64,000 nt of DNA, taken from positions 21,167 through 85,166 of the forward strand of contig CBEUCJ010000004.1 in the NCBI GenBank assembly GCA_965541615.1. The letters are read 5' to 3'. The position numbers and the translations under genes were made by a program. The DNA comes from an uncultured bacterium. GTDB taxonomy: Bacteria; Omnitrophota; Gorgyraeia; Duberdicusellales; CBEUCJ01. Positions 45,688 to 58,065 of this stretch are shown here, piece after piece (positions within the stretch are counted from its first letter, which is position 1; each line of letters begins with the position of its first letter). The notes below the pieces were generated by a model. The model was not told the DNA's origin. It worked only from the letters and a program-made list of their open reading frames with translations, and ran no database searches.

Positions 45688-47034
45688 ATGTTTATTAATA
45701 CTGATATTCTAATAATTGGCGCAGGTCCTGCTGGAATAGTAACAGCAACTACTGCACGTAAATACTATCCTGAGAAGAAAATTTTGATAGTAAAAAATGT
45801 AGAAAGAGGAGTAATCCCTTGTGGAATTCCTTACATGTTTTATAGTTTAAAGAATCCTGAGGAAAATGAGTTAAAGATTACTCCTTTAGAAAAGAAAAAT
45901 ATTCAGGTAATTATAGATGAAGTAGTAAACATAGATAGAATTCAGAAGATAGCCTATACAAAGAATGGAGATATGATAAATTATGAGAAATTAATAATGG
46001 CAACAGGCTCTCTTCCTCAAAGTTTGCCTATTCCTGGAATAGAGAAAGAAGGAGTTTATTTGATTTATAAAGATATGGAATATCTCAGAAAAGTGGTAGA
46101 AAAAGTAAAGAATTCAAAGAATGTCTTAATAATAGGAGGAGGGTTCATTGGATGTGAAGTGGCAGATGAGATTTCCAAAATAGAAGGAGTAAATGTGTAT
46201 TTAGTAGAAGTTTTACCTAATTTGTTAGCAAATTCTTTTGATCCTGAATTTTCTAAAATCGTAGAAGAAAAGTTAGTTTCAGAAGGTGTCAAGGTCTTAA
46301 CTAATACTAAAGTAGTAGAGATTATAGGTAAAGAAAAGGTCGAAGAAGTCCTGTTATCTGATGGAAGAAAAATAAAAGTAGATGTGGTGATTTTAGGGAT
46401 AGGTTCTGTTCCTAATACAGAGTTAGCTCAAAAAATAGGTTTAGAGATAGGTAAAAGAAAGGGGATAAGAGTAGATGAATACATGAGGACTTCAGATCCA
46501 AACATATTTGCAGTCGGAGACTGTGCAGAAAAAAGAGATTTTTTTACACGTAAACCTGTTCAAGTAATGTTAGCTTCTACTGCTACAGCTGAAAGCAGAA
46601 TCTGTGGAGCAAATATTTATAAATTAAAAGTAATCCGTGAAAATAAAGGTACAATCGCTATCTATTCAACATTTATAAATGGAGTAGTTTTAGGTTCTGC
46701 AGGTTTAACTGAAAAAACTGCAAATTTAGAAGGATTTGAGATTATAACAGGCATTGCAGAAGCTCCAGACAAACACCCTAAAACTTTACCTTCAGCAAAC
46801 AAAATAAAAGTAAAGCTTATTTTCTCAAAACATTCAGGGATTATTTTAGGAGGACAGGTTGCAGGAGGCATGAGTTGTGGAGAGTTAATAAATTTAATAG
46901 GTGTAGCTATTCAAAAAAGAATGTCTTTTACAGAATTAGAGACTTTACAGATGGCTACACACCCTTATTTAACACCAGCACCTACAATGTATCCTGTAGT
47001 TTTAGCTGCTCAAGATGCAGCGAATAAGATTTAG
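45688..47034 (+). CDS. Pyridine nucleotide-disulfide oxidoreductase of the CoA-disulfide reductase / NADH oxidase (single-Cys) family
   Basis: IIGAGPAG FAD motif, redox PCGIPY Cys, IIGGGFIGCE NAD motif. Confidence 0.75.
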   Translation: MFINTDILIIGAGPAGIVTATTARKYYPEKKILIVKNVERGVIPCGIPYMFYSLKNPEENELKITPLEKKNIQVIIDEVVNIDRIQKIAYTKNGDMINYEKLIMATGSLPQSLPIPGIEKEGVYLIYKDMEYLRKVVEKVKNSKNVLIIGGGFIGCEVADEISKIEGVNVYLVEVLPNLLANSFDPEFSKIVEEKLVSEGVKVLTNTKVVEIIGKEKVEEVLLSDGRKIKVDVVILGIGSVPNTELAQKIGLEIGKRKGIRVDEYMRTSDPNIFAVGDCAEKRDFFTRKPVQVMLASTATAESRICGANIYKLKVIRENKGTIAIYSTFINGVVLGSAGLTEKTANLEGFEIITGIAEAPDKHPKTLPSANKIKVKLIFSKHSGIILGGQVAGGMSCGELINLIGVAIQKRMSFTELETLQMATHPYLTPAPTMYPVVLAAQDAANKI

Positions 47035-47040
47035 AGAGAG

Positions 47041-47916
47041 ATGAATCCAAAAGAGTTAGTTATAATTAGTGGAAAAGGTGGCACAGGTAAAACTACTCTT
47101 GCTTTGGGTTTAGTTTCCATTTTTAAAAATATAGTAATTGCAGATTGTGATGTAGATACTCCTGATTTACATTTGGTATTAAAGCCTTATAAGACAGAAG
47201 AAAAAGGAATATTCAAAGAGAGGTTTACAGCTTTCATAAATAAAGACAGATGTATAGAATGCGGAAAGTGTAGACAAGTTTGTAGATTTGAAGCTATAAG
47301 CAAAGATTTAGTGGTGAACTCTTTAGAATGTCAGGGTTGTAGATTTTGTGAATTAGTGTGTCCTCAAAAAGCAATAGAGATGAGAGAAGAGATTACAGGA
47401 AACTGGCAGATTTCTCAAACAAGATTTGGTCCTTTTGTTTGGGCTCAACTTACTAATTTAGGTGAGAATTCAGGAAAATTGGTAAGTTTAATAAGAGAGA
47501 AGGCAAGAAATCTTGCTAAAAAAATAGGTTCAGAATTAGTCATCATAGATGGTTCACCAGGTATTGGATGTCCAGTAATAGCTTCTATAACTGGTGCAAA
47601 TTTTTGCGTAGTAGTCACAGAGCCTAGCTTATCAGCTTTACATGATGCTGAGAGAGTTATAAGACTTACTGAACATTTTAGAATAAAAGCGGGTTTAGTG
47701 ATAAATAAATACGATTTAAATCCAGAGTTAACTCAAAAGATCCAAGATTGGGCTCAAAAAGAAGAGGTTGCTATTTTAGGAAAAATAAAGTTTAAAGAGT
47801 CAGTAATAAAAGCTATGTTGGAGTTAAAAACCGTAATAGAATTTCCAGATCAAGAAATAAAATCTACTTTTTACGAGATTGCATCTAAAATAAAAGAAAG
47901 ATTAGAAGCTAGTTAA
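47041..47916 (+). CDS. Second MinD-type ATPase with inserted 2x[4Fe-4S] ferredoxin domain
   Basis: SGKGGTGKTT; CIECGKCRQVC and CQGCRFCELVCP. Confidence 0.8.
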   Translation: MNPKELVIISGKGGTGKTTLALGLVSIFKNIVIADCDVDTPDLHLVLKPYKTEEKGIFKERFTAFINKDRCIECGKCRQVCRFEAISKDLVVNSLECQGCRFCELVCPQKAIEMREEITGNWQISQTRFGPFVWAQLTNLGENSGKLVSLIREKARNLAKKIGSELVIIDGSPGIGCPVIASITGANFCVVVTEPSLSALHDAERVIRLTEHFRIKAGLVINKYDLNPELTQKIQDWAQKEEVAILGKIKFKESVIKAMLELKTVIEFPDQEIKSTFYEIASKIKERLEAS

Positions 47917-47930
47917 TTGGAATAATTATT

Positions 47931-48755
47931 ATGCAAGGAGTAGATAATTTTTCCCAAATAAAAATGCAGATAAAAGAAAATCTTTCTCAAGTAAAATATA
48001 AATTACTTATTATCAGTGGAAAAGGAGGGGTAGGCAAAACCACAGTAGCTGTAAATTTAGGATATAGTTTAGCTGTTAAAAAATATAAAGTTGGAATATT
48101 AGATGTAGATATTCATGGTCCAAATGTGCCTAAAATGTTAGGGATAGAAAATCAAAGACTTACAGCCTCTGAAAGTGGAAGAATAGAACCCGTTCAGGTT
48201 TTACCTAACTTAAAAGTAGTGAGTTTAGCTTTAGTAGGTGAGGATCCTGAAAAACCAGTCATATGGCGAGGACCTTTAAAAACAGCAGTAATTAGACAGT
48301 TTTTAGCTGAAAGTAATTGGCAAGATTTAGATTTCTTAATTGTAGACTCTCCTCCTGGAACAGGAGATGAACCTTTAAGTGTTTGTCAATTGATCTGTGA
48401 GTTAGATGGAGCAATAGTAGTAGCTACTCCTCAAGAAGTAGCTCTTTTAGATGTTAAAAAGAGTATTTTATTTGCTAAAGAGTTAGGTGTCCCAATAATT
48501 GGAATAGTTGAGAATATGAGTTTCTTTATATGTCCTCATTGCCAAAAAAAGATAGATTTACTCACAACACAAAAAATTGAAGAAATTATTCAAAAGACTG
48601 GTATTCAGATTTTAGGAAGACTTCCTTTTGATATTGATGTGTTAAGATTTCAAGATAGAGGAAGACCTTTTGTTTATTTTAATAAAGATTCAGAAGCAGC
48701 CAAAATTATGGATAGAATTACAGATAAAATTGTAGATTTTTTAGTAAAAAAATGA
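47931..48755 (+). CDS. Mrp/ApbC/NBP35-family Fe-S cluster carrier ATPase
   Basis: SGKGGVGKTT plus C-terminal CPHC motif. Confidence 0.8.
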   Translation: MQGVDNFSQIKMQIKENLSQVKYKLLIISGKGGVGKTTVAVNLGYSLAVKKYKVGILDVDIHGPNVPKMLGIENQRLTASESGRIEPVQVLPNLKVVSLALVGEDPEKPVIWRGPLKTAVIRQFLAESNWQDLDFLIVDSPPGTGDEPLSVCQLICELDGAIVVATPQEVALLDVKKSILFAKELGVPIIGIVENMSFFICPHCQKKIDLLTTQKIEEIIQKTGIQILGRLPFDIDVLRFQDRGRPFVYFNKDSEAAKIMDRITDKIVDFLVKK

Positions 48756-49651
48756 GAACGTATTTAGATTGTATTCCTTGTTTTTTTAAGCAAGCATTAG
48801 AAGCTTCAAGGATTTCTGGAGCGAGCAGAATAACACAAAAAAAAGTGTTAGATGAATTAGCAAAAATTTTGCCTAAGTTTTCTTTAAACACACCTCCTCC
48901 TTTGATGGGTAGAGTTATTTATAAATTGGTTAGTAAACTTACTAAAAATTTAGATCCTTATCGTGAGATAAAAATAAAAAGTAATGAATTAGCTTTAAAT
49001 ATTTATCCAAAGTTAAAGAGAAAAGTAGCACTTTCAAAAGATAGATTAAAAAAAGCTATAGAGTTAGCTATTGCAGCAAATTCTATAGATTATGGAGTAA
49101 GAAACTCTTTGAATATAGAAGAAGAATTAAAAAGAATTTTAAGAGAAGAAGAAAAGACTATTAAAGTGGAAAATAAAAGATTTTTTGAGTATGAGGAATT
49201 TAAAAAAGCTTTAAATAAAGCAAAGACTATTCTTTATTTAGGTGATAATGCAGGAGAGGTGGTTTTTGATAGAGTTTTGATTGAAGAGATTAAAAAAATA
49301 GATAAGAATAAAAAAATAATTTATGCAGTAAAATCTAAACCTATTATAAATGATGCTTTAGTTGAAGATGCTTTACAAGCAGGCATTCATAAAGTAGCTG
49401 AGATAATCCTTTCAGGAGTAGATGCTCCAGGCACTATTCTTTCTTTATGTTCAAAAGAATTTTTAAAAGTTTATAAAAATGCAGATCTAATAATCAGTAA
49501 AGGACAAGGAAACTTTGAAGCTTTATCAGACAAAAAGCATCCAATATTCTATTTGTTTATGGCAAAGTGTAAAACTGTGGCCAACCACTTAGGATGTAAA
49601 CTTAGAGATATAATTCTGTTTCATAATTTAAATAATAAAGTGTTAAAATAA
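48752..49651 (+). CDS. DUF89 (ARMT1-like damage-control phosphatase) family protein
   Basis: N-terminal DCIPCFF motif and overall DUF89-like sequence. Confidence 0.55.
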   Translation: MRTYLDCIPCFFKQALEASRISGASRITQKKVLDELAKILPKFSLNTPPPLMGRVIYKLVSKLTKNLDPYREIKIKSNELALNIYPKLKRKVALSKDRLKKAIELAIAANSIDYGVRNSLNIEEELKRILREEEKTIKVENKRFFEYEEFKKALNKAKTILYLGDNAGEVVFDRVLIEEIKKIDKNKKIIYAVKSKPIINDALVEDALQAGIHKVAEIILSGVDAPGTILSLCSKEFLKVYKNADLIISKGQGNFEALSDKKHPIFYLFMAKCKTVANHLGCKLRDIILFHNLNNKVLK

Positions 49652-49666
49652 AAAGGAGGTAGAACT

Positions 49667-49927
49667 ATGCCTACATATGAATATGAATGCCAAAATTGTA
49701 AGTTTAAATTTGAAAAATTTCAAAATATGACAGATACTCCTTTAGAAACTTGTCCTAAGTGTGGAGGAAGATTAAAAAGGGTAATAAGTGGAGGGGCAGG
49801 GGTTATTTTTAAAGGACCAGGTTTTTATGCAACAGATTACAAAAATACTTCTGTTAGAACTTGCTGTGGTAGAACAGAACCTTGTGAAAAACCTCCTTGT
49901 GCAGATGATGGAGTTTGCAAACGTTAA
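49667..49927 (+). CDS. FmdB-family zinc-ribbon protein
   Basis: MPTYEYECQNC…CPKCGG; RBS AAGGAGG. Confidence 0.65.
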   Translation: MPTYEYECQNCKFKFEKFQNMTDTPLETCPKCGGRLKRVISGGAGVIFKGPGFYATDYKNTSVRTCCGRTEPCEKPPCADDGVCKR

Positions 49928-49936
49928 TTTAGAGAA

Positions 49937-50971
49937 ATGATAGGAGAAGTAATACTTCACAATTTTAAACATGCAGGAATGATAACAGTCTTTGTCTTCA
50001 TAATGATGATATTTACAGATTATCTTAATGTTTTAACAAAAGGCAGAATGAGTAAGATGATAAAAGGAGGTTTATTTAGACAATATCTTATAACTTCATT
50101 TTTAGGAGCAACACCTGGGTGTTTAGGGTCTTTTATGAATGTGTCTTTTTATGTACATGGATTAATCTCTTTTGGAGCAATAGTAGGGGGAATGATTGCT
50201 ACTTGTGGAGACGAAGCTTTTGTAATGCTAGCAGTTATTCCTAAACAAGCTTTGATATTATTTGGTATCCTTTTTGTTTTAGGAGTAATCTCTGCATACA
50301 TTGTAGATAAAATAGTTCCTCTTTTAAAGATTAAGCCTTGTAAAGTGTGTGAACTTTCAAATTTACATCTGCAACCTGAATGTAGATGTCTTGAATTTAA
50401 AGAAATAATCGAGCACATAAAAAAGATGTCTTTACAAAGATTTTTACTTTTGTTCCTTTTGTTTATATTTCTTTATGGATTTGTTGGAGGGATAATTGGT
50501 CCTTCTGAATGGAATTGGAAGAGGATTACTTTTGTTTCTCTATTGAGTTTAGCTATTTTTATAGTAATTACAGTTCCTGACCATTATTTAGAAGAACATA
50601 TTTATTCTCATATTTTTAAAACGCATATTTGGAAAGTATTCTTGTGGAGTTTTGGGGCATTAGTTTTGACAGATTTAGGTTTACATTTCTGGGATTTAAA
50701 GGCATTTATAAGTCAGCATATGATATGGGTGCTTTTAATTGCAACTTTTGTAGGAATAATTCCAGAATCTGGACCAAATTTAGTTTTTGTTATGATGTTC
50801 TCAAAAGGATTAATACCTTTTTCTGTGCTTTTGGCAAATTCAATAGTTCAGGATGGTCACGGTATGTTACCTTTGTTATCTTATACAATAAAAGATTCAA
50901 TGTTGGTAAAATTGTTTAATTTAATTATTGGTTTAGGAGTAGGAACTTTTTTATACTTTCTGGGATTTTAA
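49937..50971 (+). CDS. Polytopic membrane protein with internal two-fold repeat (putative permease)
   Basis: About 10 TM helices; halves share G(L/I)(I/P)xFxxxxAxxIxxxG pattern. Confidence 0.45.
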   Translation: MIGEVILHNFKHAGMITVFVFIMMIFTDYLNVLTKGRMSKMIKGGLFRQYLITSFLGATPGCLGSFMNVSFYVHGLISFGAIVGGMIATCGDEAFVMLAVIPKQALILFGILFVLGVISAYIVDKIVPLLKIKPCKVCELSNLHLQPECRCLEFKEIIEHIKKMSLQRFLLLFLLFIFLYGFVGGIIGPSEWNWKRITFVSLLSLAIFIVITVPDHYLEEHIYSHIFKTHIWKVFLWSFGALVLTDLGLHFWDLKAFISQHMIWVLLIATFVGIIPESGPNLVFVMMFSKGLIPFSVLLANSIVQDGHGMLPLLSYTIKDSMLVKLFNLIIGLGVGTFLYFLGF

Positions 50972-50997
50972 TTTTTAATTAAAAAGGAGGTGTAGCT

Positions 50998-51639
50998 TTG
51001 AAGATAACCATAATTTCTGATAATACTACAGCTTTTAGAGATTTAAAATCTGAATGGGGGTTTTCTGCTTTAATTGAAGTAGAAAACACTCCTTTAATAC
51101 TCTTTGATACAGGAGCTGATAGTCAAATTCTTTTACATAATATGGAGAAGTTAAAGATTTCACCTACAAGTATTCAATGCGTTTTTATCTCTCATTCACA
51201 TTGGGATCATACAGGAGGTTTAAGAGACTTTTTAAAGTTGAATCCAGAAGTAAAATTATATGTACCTGAGGATTTTTCTGATGATGTTAGAGCAAAAGAA
51301 GTAATAAAAGTTAAAGATTCTACAAAAATATATGAAAATGTATTCTCAACAGGAACTCTCAAAGGAATAGAGCAGTCTCTGGTAATAAAAAAAGGAGAAG
51401 AGGTAGTAATAATTGTAGGATGTTCTCACAGTGGAGTAGGAGAGATTTTAAAAGAGAGTAAAAAATTTGGAAGACCCAAAGCTTTGATAGGAGGTTTACA
51501 TGGATTTTCTGAGTTTTCTTTAATTAAAGATTTAGATTTAATATGCGCTACCCATTGCACTCAATATAAAGATAAAATAAGAGAGTTGTATCCAGAAAAA
51601 TTTATAGAAGGAGGAGCAGGCAGAGTTATAGAGATATAA
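50998..51639 (+). CDS. MBL-fold metallo-hydrolase
   Basis: SHSHWDHTGG motif; TTG start with RBS AGGAGGTG. Confidence 0.65.
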   Translation: MKITIISDNTTAFRDLKSEWGFSALIEVENTPLILFDTGADSQILLHNMEKLKISPTSIQCVFISHSHWDHTGGLRDFLKLNPEVKLYVPEDFSDDVRAKEVIKVKDSTKIYENVFSTGTLKGIEQSLVIKKGEEVVIIVGCSHSGVGEILKESKKFGRPKALIGGLHGFSEFSLIKDLDLICATHCTQYKDKIRELYPEKFIEGGAGRVIEI

Positions 51640-51658
51640 AGAGGAGGTGTTAAAATCT

Positions 51659-51976
51659 ATGAGTATTAATCTTACAGATTCTAATTTTGAGTCTGAAGTC
51701 TTAAAATCTGAACTCCCAGTTTTGGTAGATTTTTGGGCTGAGTGGTGTATGCCCTGTCAAATTTTAGCACCTGTTATTGAAGAAATAGCTACAGAGTATC
51801 AAGGGAAGTTGAAAGTGTGTAAATTAAATGTAGATCAAGCTCCACAAATAGCTGCTAAATACCAAATTATGGGTATACCTACTTTAATTCTTTTTAAAGA
51901 TGGTCAAATTAAAGAAAAAATTGTAGGAGTAGTTCCAAAAGAAATAATTAAAGAAAAAATTTCACCTTATATTTAA
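51659..51976 (+). CDS. Thioredoxin with non-canonical WCMPC active site
   Basis: VLVDFWAEWCMPCQ in place of WCGPCK; thioredoxin fold sequence otherwise canonical. Confidence 0.75.
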   Translation: MSINLTDSNFESEVLKSELPVLVDFWAEWCMPCQILAPVIEEIATEYQGKLKVCKLNVDQAPQIAAKYQIMGIPTLILFKDGQIKEKIVGVVPKEIIKEKISPYI

Positions 51977-51992
51977 AAAGGGGGGATAGATT

Positions 51993-52208
51993 ATGCCAAT
52001 CTATACTTTTGTCTGTAAAGATTGCAAAGAAAAATTTGATTTATTGATAGGAGTAACTATGGATAAACCTGAACTTAAATGTAAAAAGTGCGGTAGTAAA
52101 AATATTGAAAGAATAATAAGTAGTTTTAATGTAGGTGAATCTTCTAAAAATACTCAGACATCTTCTGGTTCAGGGTGTCCAGGAGGAGTGTGTCCAACTT
52201 GCTTTTAA
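51993..52208 (+). CDS. FmdB-family zinc-ribbon protein (paralogue 2)
   Basis: MPIYTFVCKDC…CKKCG…C-rich tail. Confidence 0.6.
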   Translation: MPIYTFVCKDCKEKFDLLIGVTMDKPELKCKKCGSKNIERIISSFNVGESSKNTQTSSGSGCPGGVCPTCF

Positions 52209-52217
52209 AAATTAATT

Positions 52218-52535
52218 GTGTTTGAGTTTGAACAAATAGATAAAGCTAGAAGAATCTTAAAGTTAGAAGAATGTGCAACTTTAGAGGAGATAAAAAAAGC
52301 TTACAAAGAATTAGCTAAAAAATACCATCCAGATACCTGCAAAGCTTCTAACAAAGCAAAATGTGAAGAAAAGTTTAAAGAAATAAACTGGGCATATCAA
52401 CTCCTTTTAAAATATTGTCAAAATTATAAATATTCTTTTAAAAAAGAAGATGTAGAAAAACAAAAAATCTCTCCCCAATATTATCAACATTTAAAAAGAT
52501 TCTATGATGGCTGGTGGGCTGATTTAGAAATTTAA
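52218..52535 (+). CDS. J-domain (DnaJ-like) protein
   Basis: KKAYKELAKKYHPD HPD motif; GTG start. Confidence 0.6.
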   Translation: MFEFEQIDKARRILKLEECATLEEIKKAYKELAKKYHPDTCKASNKAKCEEKFKEINWAYQLLLKYCQNYKYSFKKEDVEKQKISPQYYQHLKRFYDGWWADLEI

Positions 52536-52552
52536 TTATTTACTTTTAAAAA

Positions 52553-53182
52553 ATGGGGACGAATAATATATTTGATTTGTATTATGATGAATATGATAGA
52601 TGGTATGAAAAAAATGAGTTTGCTTATCTATCAGAATTGGAAGCACTTAAAAAAGTTTTACCTAAAAAAGGAAGAGGATTAGAGATTGGAGCAGGTACTG
52701 CCAGATTTACTAAGCCTTTAAATATTTGGGTAGGAATCGATCTTTCAAAGAATATGGCAAAGATCGCTAAAGAAAGAGGAGTAAGAATTATTGTGAGTAG
52801 AGCAGAAGAACTACCTTTTAAAGATTCAATTTTTGACTATGTAGCTATTATATTTGCCTTGTGTTTTGTTGATGAGCCTTTGAAGATGTTAAGAGAAGCT
52901 AAAAGAGTTTTGAAAAGAAGAGGTAAAATCATTATAGGTATAATCGATAAAGAAAGTTTTTTAGGAAAAGCTTATCAAATAAAGAAAAGTATTTTTTATA
53001 GCAGAGCAAAATTTTTTAGTGTAAAAGAAGTAACAGATATTTTGCAGACTATGGGTTTTGACAGATTTTCATATTATCAGACTATCTTCAATTTTCCTCA
53101 AGAAATTAAGAACATCCAAAAACCTCAAAAAGGATTTGGTAAAGGAGCTTTTGTTGCAATTTCAGCAGAGCTCATAATATAA
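52553..53182 (+). CDS. Class I SAM-dependent methyltransferase
   Basis: LEIGAGTARF motif I. Confidence 0.65.
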   Translation: MGTNNIFDLYYDEYDRWYEKNEFAYLSELEALKKVLPKKGRGLEIGAGTARFTKPLNIWVGIDLSKNMAKIAKERGVRIIVSRAEELPFKDSIFDYVAIIFALCFVDEPLKMLREAKRVLKRRGKIIIGIIDKESFLGKAYQIKKSIFYSRAKFFSVKEVTDILQTMGFDRFSYYQTIFNFPQEIKNIQKPQKGFGKGAFVAISAELII

Positions 53183-53260
53183 AAATTTTTTTAAGGATTT
53201 AAAAGAAGAAAAAGTTGGATAAAATAAATAATAGAATAATAGTTACTGAAAAATTTAGAG

Positions 53261-53842
53261 ATGTTTACAGGGATTATTCAAGAAGTAGGTACAATAAAAA
53301 ACATTGAAAAGAAAGCTTCTTTTTGGAGGTTAGGAATCTTATCTACAAAAGTTTATAAAGATATTAATTTATCTCAAAGTGTTTGTGTGAATGGGGTATG
53401 CCTTACATTAACAAAAAAAGAAAATAACGTTCTTTTTTTTGAAGTAATTAAACCCACTTTAGAGAATACCAATTTAAAAAGATTAAGACCATTGTGTAAA
53501 GTTAATTTAGAATTGCCTTTAAAACCTGATGATAGATTAGGAGGTCATTTTGTTTTAGGGCATATAGATTGTGAAACTCAAATAAAAAGTATTATAAAAA
53601 AGAACGGATTTTATAGTTTTGAAATAAAAACACCACTTCAATTTAAAAAATTTTTAATAGAAAAAGGCTGCATAGCTATAGAAGGAATAAGTTTAACTGT
53701 GCAAAAAGTCTTAAGTAAAAGTTTTATAGTCAATATAATCCCTTTTACTTTTAATCATACAAATTTAAACACAAAAAGACCAGGTAGTTGGGTAAATTTG
53801 GAATTTGATTATCTTCTTAAAGCAGTTTTGAAAAACACTTAA
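53261..53842 (+). CDS. ribE: Riboflavin synthase alpha subunit
   Basis: MFTGIIQEVG and second lumazine-binding repeat. Confidence 0.85.
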   Translation: MFTGIIQEVGTIKNIEKKASFWRLGILSTKVYKDINLSQSVCVNGVCLTLTKKENNVLFFEVIKPTLENTNLKRLRPLCKVNLELPLKPDDRLGGHFVLGHIDCETQIKSIIKKNGFYSFEIKTPLQFKKFLIEKGCIAIEGISLTVQKVLSKSFIVNIIPFTFNHTNLNTKRPGSWVNLEFDYLLKAVLKNT

Positions 53843-53857
53843 AGAAGAAAAATTTTT

Positions 53858-53933
53858 CGGGGCGTAGCTCAGCCAGGTTTAGAGCACTTGGTTCGGGACC
53901 AAGAGGTCGCAGGTTCAAATCCTGTCGCCCCGA
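53858..53933 (+). tRNA. tRNA-Pro (anticodon CGG), CCA not encoded
   Basis: Hand-folded cloverleaf: 7-bp acceptor CGGGGCG/CGCCCCG, D-arm GCTC…GAGC, anticodon stem CTTGG/CCAAG with loop TTCGGGA, T-loop TTCAAAT; closely resembles E. coli tRNA-Pro(CGG). Confidence 0.85.
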
Positions 53934-53955
53934 GATTACTTGACATACTAAATTA

Positions 53956-54254
53956 TTGATGTTAAAAAAAACTGTTATGGAAAATATTATTCAAGTTCAC
54001 TGTTATTTTTCAGGAATAGTTCAAGGAGTAGGGTTTAGGTTTACTTCAAGATATTTAGCACGCAAACATAATCTAAAAGGATGGGTAAGAAATCTTTATG
54101 ATGGTAGAGTAGAGTTAGTAGCTCAAGGAGAAAAGCAAAATATAATGAATTTTTTAGAAGATTTGAAATCTGAATTTTCAGGATACATAAAAAATATAGA
54201 TTTAGAGTGGCAGACCCCTCAAGAAGAATTTGAAGATTTTGAGATAAGATTTTA

Positions 54255-54255
<1 letters not shown>
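53956..54255 (+). CDS. Acylphosphatase
   Basis: GIVQGVGFR and GWVRN motifs. Confidence 0.8.
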
Positions 54256-57464
<3,209 letters not shown>

Positions 57465-57468
<4 letters not shown>

Positions 57469-58064
57469 ATTTGGAGATAAAAAGATATGTATTAGGAGAT
57501 TTTGAGACTAACACTTATATTTTAAATTTCAAAGAACAGAACAAAGCCATAATAATAGATCCAGCAGATCTCCTCCCTAAAGAAATTAGAGATCTCAATA
57601 TAATTTTTATACTTTTAACTCATGGACATATAGATCACATCAAAGGATTAAAGTATTTAAAAGGAATAAAAGTTTTTTGTTTTAAAGAAGAAGCTGACAT
57701 TATAAAGAATCCTTTTTATAATCTCTCTCATTTTTTAGGAGAAGAGTTTAGTTTTGAATCTGAATTGAATTTTTTAAATGAAGGAGTAAATTCTGTAGAA
57801 GGGATAGACTTTAGAGTACTACACACTCCAGGTCACACTCCTGGGAGCTGTTGTTTTTTATTTAATAATTTCCTTTTTTCAGGAGATACTCTTTTTTATA
57901 GAAGTATAGGAAGGACTGACATCCCTCTTGCAGATACTACTAAGTTAATAAATTCTATAAAGGAGAAGTTATTTAAATTACCTCCAGAGACCAAAGTTTA
58001 TCCAGGTCATGGTCAGTTTACAAGTATAAAAGAAGAGATAGAAGAGAACCCTTTTTTATTATAA
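57465..58064 (+). CDS. MBL-fold hydrolase (glyoxalase II-like)
   Basis: THGHIDH motif. Confidence 0.7.
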
Positions 58065-58065
58065 A

